From contig JAJRQT010000230.1 in assembly GCA_024280115.1 (NCBI GenBank), positions 146 to 64,145 on the forward strand: a stretch of 64,000 bases of DNA. The letters are read 5' to 3'. Positions 25,444-33,387 of the stretch are shown one piece after another (position 1 is the stretch's first letter; each line of letters starts with the position of its first letter). The translations under genes were made by a program, and so were the position numbers. The notes beneath the pieces were generated by a model. It was not told where the DNA came from and did not search any database. It was given only the letters and a program-made list of their open reading frames with translations. Source of the DNA: Bacteroidota bacterium (GTDB lineage Bacteria; Bacteroidota; Bacteroidia; Cytophagales; Cyclobacteriaceae).

Positions 25444-26154
25444 TTGGCTAACGATTATTTTAAATTCAAAAAATTTACTATTTGGCAAGATCGATGTGCC
25501 ATGAAAGTAACCACGTTAGCATGTATTCAGGGCGCATGGTTGCCTGATTGTACGCCAAATAGAATTTTAGATATTGGTTCTGGTACGGGTATTTTATCAT
25601 TAATGGCGGCCCAAAAGACGGATGCCGAAATAGATGCTGTAGAAATTGAGGAAGCTGCTTTCTCTCAGCTAAAAGAAAATGTTTCTTTAAGTCCATGGTC
25701 AGGAAGGATAAATTGTTTCCATAATGATATCTCAGATTTTGCAGATCAGAATAGCAATGATTACGAACTCATTATTTCCAATCCGCCATTCTATCAAAAT
25801 CAGCTAAAATCCCCAAATAGTCGTATCAATAGTGCACGTCATGATTCAAGGTTGACACTAATAGAATTAGTGGATATTTCTTCAAAACATATAAAAGAGG
25901 AAGGTTTCATTTCAATATTACTGCCAGTCCATGAAACGAAAGAATTAATACAGTTTGCCCGGGAAAAATCTATTTTCCTTACAGATCAATTAGTGATATC
26001 AGATACCGCATCAAAAGATCCAATAGCTATAATTTCTATTTTATCAAAAAATCCTTCCAATCAGAAATTCAATATACTTGTGATTAAAAATGACGATGGT
26101 TCATATTCATCAGATTTTTCAGCATTACTCGCCCCTTATTACCTGAATTTATGA
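25444..26154 (+). CDS. trmN6: tRNA1(Val) (adenine37-N6)-methyltransferase (YfiC/TrmN6-like)
   Basis: 'FKFKKFTIWQDRCAMKV', 'ILDIGSGTGILSL' (SAM motif I) and 'IISNPPFY' (motif IV). The start is placed at the in-frame TTG at 25444, just after the rnhA stop. The ATG at 25324 would overlap rnhA by 119 nt. Confidence 0.7.
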   Translation: MANDYFKFKKFTIWQDRCAMKVTTLACIQGAWLPDCTPNRILDIGSGTGILSLMAAQKTDAEIDAVEIEEAAFSQLKENVSLSPWSGRINCFHNDISDFADQNSNDYELIISNPPFYQNQLKSPNSRINSARHDSRLTLIELVDISSKHIKEEGFISILLPVHETKELIQFAREKSIFLTDQLVISDTASKDPIAIISILSKNPSNQKFNILVIKNDDGSYSSDFSALLAPYYLNL

Positions 26155-26470
26155 TACATAATTATACACTATTAAAGTAAAAGTTACACCCGATCAAATA
26201 GCATTTTTCAAAGACAATTGTGCTAATTACCTATATACATTCCACAATTCTGAATAAGGAAGGGGCTTAAAAAGTTGAATATTTTACAATATATCTCGTC
26301 AAACGGTTTTGCACGGGTATTGGGGCAATTTTTAGAAATAAAAAGACAAGATTTGCAAGACTTAATAGCTCAACGCAATATTTAATTACCTGACTTTTTA
26401 ATTACGCACTTGTATTTTTTTAATAAATAATAATGACAAACGATAGACGCTTGGATAAAGTATTATAACC

Positions 26471-27295
26471 ATGCAGGAGATTCATATTGTAGATATTAGA
26501 AAGCTTACAGAGATTATCAAATCCAAATATGGGTATGATTTCACAAATTATGCCATCTCCTCTTTAAAAAGACGGATTATAAGGATATTGGAACTCTACA
26601 AGTTTAAAAGTGTAGATGCGCTTGGTAAAAGGATTAGTGAAGACCCCGTATTTTTTGAAGAATTTATTTCTGAAATAACAGTAAACGTTACCGAAATGTT
26701 CCGAGATCCATCTTTTTGGAGGATTCTCCGGGACAAAATACTTCCAAACATACTACTCAACAATAAGAGGATTCGGATATGGCATGCAGGGTGCTCCTCT
26801 GGTGAAGAAGTGTATTCTATGGCGATTTTATTGAAGGAAATGGGGATTCTCGAAAATTCCAAAATAATTGCCACCGATATTGACGACCAGATATTGAAGC
26901 GGGCAAAAAGTGGTGTTTACACCGTTAAAAACATGGAATTGAACGAAAAAAACTATGTAAGATTTAGAGGTGAGAATGAATTAAATAGGTACTTCAAAAT
27001 TAAAAATGGGCTCACATACATGGATAAATCACTTGTGAAGGATGTTTCTTATCGCAAGCAGGACCTTGTCAAAGGTGGTGTGTTCAACAAGTTTGATATT
27101 GTATTGTGTAGAAATGTGATGATTTATTTCAATCAAAACTTACAGAACGATGTATTGAAAAAACTCCATGAAAGCATATTCAAATATGGGTATTTGGCTA
27201 TTGGGTCTAAGGAATCATTGATTTGGAGTGAAATTGCTAACAAGTTTATTGTAGCAAATAACGAAGAAAAAATTTATAAAAAGATAAAAGAGTAA
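26471..27295 (+). CDS. cheR: CheR-type protein-glutamate O-methyltransferase
   Basis: 'ITVNVTEMFRDP', 'RIWHAGCSSGEEVYSMAILL' and 'FDIVLCRNVMIYF'. 274 aa. Confidence 0.85.
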   Translation: MQEIHIVDIRKLTEIIKSKYGYDFTNYAISSLKRRIIRILELYKFKSVDALGKRISEDPVFFEEFISEITVNVTEMFRDPSFWRILRDKILPNILLNNKRIRIWHAGCSSGEEVYSMAILLKEMGILENSKIIATDIDDQILKRAKSGVYTVKNMELNEKNYVRFRGENELNRYFKIKNGLTYMDKSLVKDVSYRKQDLVKGGVFNKFDIVLCRNVMIYFNQNLQNDVLKKLHESIFKYGYLAIGSKESLIWSEIANKFIVANNEEKIYKKIKE

Positions 27296-27318
27296 GCGCT
27301 GATAGCAAGTTGCAATAG

Positions 27319-27912
27319 ATGATATTTCAAGGACTACATACTAAATTCAAAGCTATCGTAATTGGAGGCTCAGCTGGAAGTTTTCAGGGCATTACCAGAA
27401 TTCTGTCTCGGGTACCTGAAGATTTTCCTTTGCCGATCATATTGTGCTTGCACAGATTAAAGCACGTTCGCAATGGGTTTATGGAAGCTTTATCAATAAA
27501 AAGTATAAAAAATGTAGTTGAGCCGTATGACAAAGAATCGATTAAACCTGGAAAGGTGTATCTGGCGCCGGCAAACTATCATTTATCAATAGAGCTTGGA
27601 CATTATTTTAGTTTGTCAACCGAAGAAATGGTAAATAATTCGAGACCATCCATCGATATCACACTGGAAACAGGCGCATATACATATAAAAATAAATTGA
27701 TAGGCATTTTGCTATCCGGAGCGAACAAGGATGGTGCAATGGGCATGAAAAATATTAAAGATAGTGGAGGATTTACCGTTGTTCAGGACCCCAGGGAATG
27801 TATGATTAATACAATGCCATCTGCAGCTTTAGAAATGGCTGAAATCGATTATACGTTGAGCATTGATAATATCATAGAGTTATTTTTTGAAATACATAAA
27901 CTGTATAAATAA
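27319..27912 (+). CDS. cheB: CheB-type methylesterase catalytic domain, no receiver domain
   Basis: 'VIGGSAGSFQGITRIL..PEDFPLPIILCLHR' and 'LLSGANKDGAMGMKNIKDSGGFTVVQDP' supply the Ser/His/Asp context. Only 197 aa, so there is no room for a REC domain. Confidence 0.8.
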   Translation: MIFQGLHTKFKAIVIGGSAGSFQGITRILSRVPEDFPLPIILCLHRLKHVRNGFMEALSIKSIKNVVEPYDKESIKPGKVYLAPANYHLSIELGHYFSLSTEEMVNNSRPSIDITLETGAYTYKNKLIGILLSGANKDGAMGMKNIKDSGGFTVVQDPRECMINTMPSAALEMAEIDYTLSIDNIIELFFEIHKLYK

Positions 27913-27915
27913 TTT

Positions 27916-28782
27916 ATGAAATCGTTTTACAACAAGCTAAATGTAACCATCGCAATATCCTTTGTGTTAGGTATGCTGTTTACTGCATTTAACCTTTACA
28001 ATTTACCGGCAGAGCTGAAAAAGATTTCAAGCAAAATAGATTTACTTGTAATAAAAGAATTATCACCTGTATTAAATCAGACTTACCTGATCGTTGGAGT
28101 CACATTGATTTTAGGCCTTGGGGCCATCTTCCTGGCACTCTATCTTTTAAATATTAATAAAACATCTGAGAAAATTGTTTACATCGAAAAAACCGAATCT
28201 CAGAAACAAGAGGAAGACAAGGAAGAGGAAAAAGTTAAAAATGAAGATTTTAACAAGCGCGTTAAAGAGGTGAGAGGGGATATTAAAAAAGCTAAGGATA
28301 AGAAGTCCCGTTATGAGAAGGTGCTGTCAAATCTGTGCATGAAATTAGAGGCCAGTCAGGGCATAATGTATGAGGTGAGCAAAGAAAAAAATAAGAGATT
28401 TTTAAAGCTGCTCGCAACTTTTGCATACAATCTTCCTGACAGTGGAACTATTACCTATGAATTTGGCGAAGGCCTTGCCGGCCAGGTGGCGAAGGAAGGG
28501 AAGAAGATCAATATCAATGATGTTCCGAAAGGCTATATAACCATTGTTTCAGGATTGGGGGCATCTTCACCAAATCACCTGGCGATTTTACCAATAAAAC
28601 AAGGAAATGAGGTAGTTGCTGTAGTTGAGATTGCCTCATTCAAGGAAATTTCGTCCGATGATGAAAAGCTCATAGGTGCAGCTTTAAAACTCGAAGAAGA
28701 ATATCAGGATTTAGAGAGGAAAGCACTTGAAAATACTGAAAAAAGTAAGTTGTCAAAAAACAAGAAGAAACTAGATGTTTAA
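27916..28782 (+). CDS. Membrane-anchored GAF-domain protein
   Basis: Two N-terminal TM helices, a Lys/Glu-rich linker, and a GAF-like C-terminus ('GEGLAGQVAKEGKKININD', 'VVAVVEIASFKE') paralogous to the GAF in the next gene. Its stop overlaps the next start (ATGTTTAA). Confidence 0.7.
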   Translation: MKSFYNKLNVTIAISFVLGMLFTAFNLYNLPAELKKISSKIDLLVIKELSPVLNQTYLIVGVTLILGLGAIFLALYLLNINKTSEKIVYIEKTESQKQEEDKEEEKVKNEDFNKRVKEVRGDIKKAKDKKSRYEKVLSNLCMKLEASQGIMYEVSKEKNKRFLKLLATFAYNLPDSGTITYEFGEGLAGQVAKEGKKININDVPKGYITIVSGLGASSPNHLAILPIKQGNEVVAVVEIASFKEISSDDEKLIGAALKLEEEYQDLERKALENTEKSKLSKNKKKLDV

Positions 28783-31700
28783 GAATATTAGCATAAGAGG
28801 TAAGTTAACAACCCTGATTCTATTTCTTGTAGTTGTTACAATTTGCACAGCGGGATATATATCATATTCCATCAGGAAAAATATGTTGCAGGAGAAATAT
28901 CTTCACAATCTCAGCGCTCTTGTAGATGTAAAAACGAGTAAGATCCAGACTTTTATATCTCAGGCAAAGTCTGAAATAAACTTAATTTCAAATCTTGAAG
29001 TTTTTCAGTTGATTGGAAATGTAAGCGAAGAAAACGATTCTGTGGAAATGGACATGGGTGAATCGAACATGTCGCTTGAAGATGAACCTAAGGACTTAAC
29101 AGAAGCAGAAAATACTTTAAGAAGTATTCAAAAATCTACCGGAGTAGTAAAGATTATCATAACTGACCAAAATGGTGAAATCATTTTAAACACCAATTCA
29201 GGAGAATCATTAAACATCAAACAGGAAATAAAAACGATTGACAACGATTTCATCACAAATGCACAGACTGGAACATCTTTTAGTCATATATATAAGGTTG
29301 ACGAAAATTATTTGATTTCAGTAGGTGCGCCAATTGGCAGTATAGAAACAGGTAATACCCTATGCTTCATAATCTTTAATATCAATTCCATTTACGAAGA
29401 TTTGGCACACGATATGGGATTGGGCGAATCAGTTGAGGTGATAGTTGCGCAAAAAAGGCAAGATATCGCACTGTTTTTAAACCCACTGAAATCTGATGAA
29501 AATTCTGCACTTAACCGGGCGGTTACTATCGGGAGCAAGGAAGGAGTTGCCATTCAACTGGCTGTAGAGGGCAATGAAGGGATGGGTCATTCCGTGGATT
29601 ACAGAAATGTTGAAACATTATCTAAGTGGAGTTTTATACCCGAAGTTAACTGGGGAATTGAAGCAAAAATTGATCAGGCAGAAATAAATCAACAAGCATT
29701 TATTGTGGTGAGAAAATTTGCATTATGGGGCGGATTGATTTTGGTATTTACCATCATGATCGCTTTCCTGTTTTCTCAATATTTCATCAATCCTCTGCTA
29801 TCCTTAAAAAATTCATTGACCTCAATTTCAAAAGGTGTATTGCCTGAGAAAATAGATAAAAAATATAACGATGAGGTTGGTCAGATGGCTAAAACAACCA
29901 ATGACCTGGCACAAGCTTTAAAACGAACTGCCACCTTTGCGGAGAAAATAGGTAAAGGTGACTTGAAAGCAGACTTCAAACCATCAAGTGATGGAGATAT
30001 GCTTGGTAATGCATTGATTGAAATGCGCAGCAGCCTCATCGAAACTGAACAACAGGATACAGAGCGCAACTGGATTGTTACCGGTGTAGCTGAAATAAGT
30101 GAGATATTAAGATCTCATGATACAATTGATGAGTTGGGCGATGCAGTCATCGCTTACATCACAGAAAAAATTGATGCAATTCAGGGAGCGTTTTATGTAG
30201 TCAATGATGACAACCCGGCTGACAAGTTTATCGAGATGAAGTCTGCTTATGCCTACCATAAGAAAAAATATATGCAGGCTAATTTTAAGTTTGCGGAAGG
30301 GTTAGTAGGGCAAGCAGCAGTAGAAAAGGATTACATACTCCGGACAGAAATTCCAGATGAATATGTATCTGTAACTTCTGGTATATTGGGTGATCAGCGT
30401 CCCACCGGATTACTGATAACTCCACTCATCACTGAAGAAAAAGTATATGGCGTTGTTGAATTTGCCGGATTCCATAGATTTACGGAGAGCCAAATCAAAT
30501 TTGTTCGTGAAATCAGCCTGATCCTTGCCAGAACCATTTTCAACATTAAAGTTAATGAACGTACCAGAAATCTTCTTGAGGAATCTCAGAAAATGAGTAA
30601 CGAACTTCAGGAGCAGCAGGAGGTATTGAGACAAAATGCTGAGGAAATGGCCTCTACCCAGGAAGAGCTGAAAAGAACAAATCAGCGGCTTGAGGATCAG
30701 ATCGAAGAGGTAAACCGCACTCAGAACAGGATGCAATTGTTGCTGGAAAATGCCTCTGAGGTTATTTCTATCTATGAAAAGGAAGGAATTATCAGGTATA
30801 TAAGCCCATCGGTTGAGCGTATTCTCGGATACTCACAAAATGACCTGATTGGCATCAATGATAAAGTTCATGTAAATCCGGAAGGTATAGCAAATTTTGA
30901 ACATATATTCGAGCAGGTGATAGCAAATCCATTTGAATCTGTCACGGTTCAGTATGAATATATGAAGAAAGATGGTGATGCTATATGGCTGGAGGCAACA
31001 GCTACCAATATGCTGTCTGACCCGGCAATTCAGGGAATTATTTTGAATAGCAGGGATATTACGGAAAGACGACGAGCTGAGCGAGAGGAACGGATGAAAT
31101 CAAAAATGCAGGCATTATCTGAAAATTCGCCAGATTTAATTACAAGATTTACAAATGACGGAGAAGTATTCTATATAAATCCAATGATCGAGAGCTATAC
31201 CGGTCATAAGCCTGGTGATCTGCTCAATAGGAAGCTTGTAGAAATTGATGTTGAGGATGTAATAAAACAGGAATGGATTCAACTTCTCGAACAGGTTGAA
31301 TCAGAAAATGAAAAAGTTGCCAAAGAAATGGATTTTCCTTCCATACTCGGCAACCGTGTTATGCAGGTAAATGCCATTCCGGAATATGATGAGGAAAGTA
31401 ATTTAGAATCCGTGTTGGTTGTTTCGCACGATATTACCGATCGAAAACAAATAGAGCTTGAGATTCAATCCAAAAATAGAAAGATCACCGAAAGTATAAA
31501 TTATGCTCAAAGAATTCAGAAAGCTATCCTGCCAAGCAATGAAGTGATTCGCCAGGTACTTCCGGAGTCATTCATATTGTACAAGGCAAGAGATGTGGTG
31601 AGCGGGGACTTTCCATGGTTTATAAAGGTCGGAGACATCATGTATTTTGCAGCAGTTGATTGTACAGGACACGGTGTTCCGGGCGCTCTGATATCACTCA

Positions 31701-32236
31701 TTGGTTACTTCCTGCTCAATGATATTGTGAAAGGAAGAAAGATGAGCGATCCCGGGGAAATACTGGATCAACTAGACAGAAGTGTTACCAAAACACTGAG
31801 GCAAGACTCAGACGACTCAAAAACAAAAGACGGAATGGATATTGCCCTTTGCAAAATTGATTTGAAAAATAATCAGGTTTCATATGCCGGGGCACACAGA
31901 CCATTGTATTTCATGAATCAAGGAGAACTTGTAGAAATCAAGGGTAATAAATTCCCGATTGGGGGTGGTATTTACCGAAATCAAACCAAATTCACCAGTA
32001 CCGTCTTAGATGTGAAAAAGGGTGATTCTATCTTTTTCTGTTCTGATGGATTCCCAGATCAATTTGGTGGTCCTGACAACAGAAAATATGGGCCAAAGCG
32101 ATTGCGAGAGGCAATTGTGAAATATCATAAAAGTTCCATGACTGAAATATATAAGAAAATTGATGACGAATGGACTGAATGGAAAGGAGATCAGAAGCAG
32201 ACAGATGATGTCTTGCTGATTGGAGTAAGGTTTTAA
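28775..32236 (+). CDS. Sensor phosphatase: TM-periplasmic (Cache-like)-TM-HAMP-GAF-coiled coil-PAS-PAS-PP2C/SpoIIE (SiaA/RsbU-like)
   Basis: TM1 is 'LILFLVVVTICTAGYI', followed by a ~290-aa extracytoplasmic region and TM2 'WGGLILVFTIMIAFLF'. The HAMP domain contains 'DEVGQMAKTTNDLAQAL'. The GAF domain contains 'AEGLVGQAAVEKDYI' and 'VYGVVEFAGFHRF'. Two PAS domains follow ('RYISPSVERILGYSQNDLIG', 'FYINPMIESYTGHKPGDLL'). The PP2C domain has 'AVDCTGHGVPGALISL', 'FCSDGFPDQFGG' and 'TDDVLLIGVRF'. Confidence 0.85.
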   Translation: MFKNISIRGKLTTLILFLVVVTICTAGYISYSIRKNMLQEKYLHNLSALVDVKTSKIQTFISQAKSEINLISNLEVFQLIGNVSEENDSVEMDMGESNMSLEDEPKDLTEAENTLRSIQKSTGVVKIIITDQNGEIILNTNSGESLNIKQEIKTIDNDFITNAQTGTSFSHIYKVDENYLISVGAPIGSIETGNTLCFIIFNINSIYEDLAHDMGLGESVEVIVAQKRQDIALFLNPLKSDENSALNRAVTIGSKEGVAIQLAVEGNEGMGHSVDYRNVETLSKWSFIPEVNWGIEAKIDQAEINQQAFIVVRKFALWGGLILVFTIMIAFLFSQYFINPLLSLKNSLTSISKGVLPEKIDKKYNDEVGQMAKTTNDLAQALKRTATFAEKIGKGDLKADFKPSSDGDMLGNALIEMRSSLIETEQQDTERNWIVTGVAEISEILRSHDTIDELGDAVIAYITEKIDAIQGAFYVVNDDNPADKFIEMKSAYAYHKKKYMQANFKFAEGLVGQAAVEKDYILRTEIPDEYVSVTSGILGDQRPTGLLITPLITEEKVYGVVEFAGFHRFTESQIKFVREISLILARTIFNIKVNERTRNLLEESQKMSNELQEQQEVLRQNAEEMASTQEELKRTNQRLEDQIEEVNRTQNRMQLLLENASEVISIYEKEGIIRYISPSVERILGYSQNDLIGINDKVHVNPEGIANFEHIFEQVIANPFESVTVQYEYMKKDGDAIWLEATATNMLSDPAIQGIILNSRDITERRRAEREERMKSKMQALSENSPDLITRFTNDGEVFYINPMIESYTGHKPGDLLNRKLVEIDVEDVIKQEWIQLLEQVESENEKVAKEMDFPSILGNRVMQVNAIPEYDEESNLESVLVVSHDITDRKQIELEIQSKNRKITESINYAQRIQKAILPSNEVIRQVLPESFILYKARDVVSGDFPWFIKVGDIMYFAAVDCTGHGVPGALISLIGYFLLNDIVKGRKMSDPGEILDQLDRSVTKTLRQDSDDSKTKDGMDIALCKIDLKNNQVSYAGAHRPLYFMNQGELVEIKGNKFPIGGGIYRNQTKFTSTVLDVKKGDSIFFCSDGFPDQFGGPDNRKYGPKRLREAIVKYHKSSMTEIYKKIDDEWTEWKGDQKQTDDVLLIGVRF

Positions 32237-32260
32237 TGAAGATAGTAGTGCATAAGAGTT

Positions 32261-32268
32261 TAGTTTTG
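32261..32268 (+). promoter_or_regulatory. Possible -7 promoter motif (TAGTTTTG) ahead of the SiaB-like gene
   Basis: Matches TAnnTTTG, 60 nt upstream of ATG 32329. No well-spaced -33 TTG was seen. Confidence 0.3.
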
Positions 32269-32328
32269 AATTAATTACATTTTATAATTACATAATATAT
32301 AATATCGAAATAAGGTATTAATAATTAA

Positions 32329-32883
32329 ATGAGTACGATGAAATATATTTATGACATGCATCAAATGATGCTCAAGAACAACATTATTCTGGTTTACGAG
32401 GGTGAGTTCACCCAGGAAATCACTAAGTCGGTGTTGGCCATGGCCGAGAGGAACATGGATTCGATTGGCGAGGAATCCGGAATAAAAAGAAAAGTGTTTA
32501 ACGTAATGGTGGAATGTCTCCAGAACATTGTAAAGCATGGAGAAGATTATGTATCTGCTGATTTACAAATTAACACCGCAATTTTTATGATAGGGAAACA
32601 ACAGAATTCTTATATCATTACAACCGGCAATCCAATGAAAAATGAACTTGTCGATGGCCTGAAAAGTAAGCTTGACAAAATTAACGGTCTTGATAAAGAT
32701 GGTTTAAAAGCGCTTTATAAAGATATAATTAAAGGCGGATCTGGGTTGACAGATAAAGGTGGCGCCGGACTCGGTTTTGTTGATATGGCAAGGAAATCAG
32801 GCCAAAAACTTGAATATGGATTTGAGCCATTAGGAAACGGCCATACATTCTTCTCTTTGAAAACAACAGTTCCAAGAGGATAA
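32329..32883 (+). CDS. SiaB-family protein kinase (GHKL anti-sigma-kinase-like fold)
   Basis: 'NIILVYEGEFTQEI', 'KRKVFNVMVECLQNIVKHG' (N-box-like) and 'KGGAGLGFVDMARKSG' (G-box). 184 aa. Confidence 0.75.
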   Translation: MSTMKYIYDMHQMMLKNNIILVYEGEFTQEITKSVLAMAERNMDSIGEESGIKRKVFNVMVECLQNIVKHGEDYVSADLQINTAIFMIGKQQNSYIITTGNPMKNELVDGLKSKLDKINGLDKDGLKALYKDIIKGGSGLTDKGGAGLGFVDMARKSGQKLEYGFEPLGNGHTFFSLKTTVPRG

Positions 32884-32914
32884 ATCAAACGTTAAACTGA
32901 AAAGACTTAGTAAA

Positions 32915-33277
32915 ATGGAAATAATTAATTTAGAAGGAACAGAGGATACTCCAAAAATAATTCTGGATAAAACCAACAAAATTTTTGAAATTTCAGGTAG
33001 ATCTTTACCCGAGGATTCAGCAGAATTTTATCAGCCTGTCCTGGAATGGCTGAATAAATATACTAAAGAGGCATTACCCGAAACCATATTCGATTTTAAA
33101 CTCGAATACTTTAATACAGCTTCGTCAAAATTAATTCTCGATGTATTGACTGTTTTAGAAGACATCGAAAACATTAAAGTACACTGGTACTTCTACGAAG
33201 ATGATGAAGATATGGAAGAAGCCGGAGAAGAATTTTCTGAGCTGGTGGACGTAGAGTTTGAATTAAAACCCTACTAG
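32915..33277 (+). CDS. SiaC-family (DUF1987) regulatory phosphoprotein
   Basis: 'EGTEDTPKIILDKTNKIFEISGRSLPEDSAEFYQPVLEWL' and 'LEYFNTASSKLILDVL', with Thr at residue 68. 120 aa with an acidic C-terminus. Confidence 0.75.
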   Translation: MEIINLEGTEDTPKIILDKTNKIFEISGRSLPEDSAEFYQPVLEWLNKYTKEALPETIFDFKLEYFNTASSKLILDVLTVLEDIENIKVHWYFYEDDEDMEEAGEEFSELVDVEFELKPY

Positions 33278-33387
33278 CGAGATATTCGATCAATAAACAC
33301 CAATCTAACCAGACTGAATTTTTGCTTAGTGGTCTGTAAATGATCATTGAGTGGTGTTTTTTGCATAATGAATCTGAATATTGAAAA

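Noticed and set aside
26471-27912. CheR/CheB as evidence for a flagellar chemotaxis system.
   Set aside because: No CheA, CheW, CheY, MCP or flagellar genes are in the window, CheB lacks its receiver domain, and the lineage markers (T9SS, PorT) point to a non-flagellate Bacteroidota. I interpret the pair as part of the PP2C sensor operon instead.
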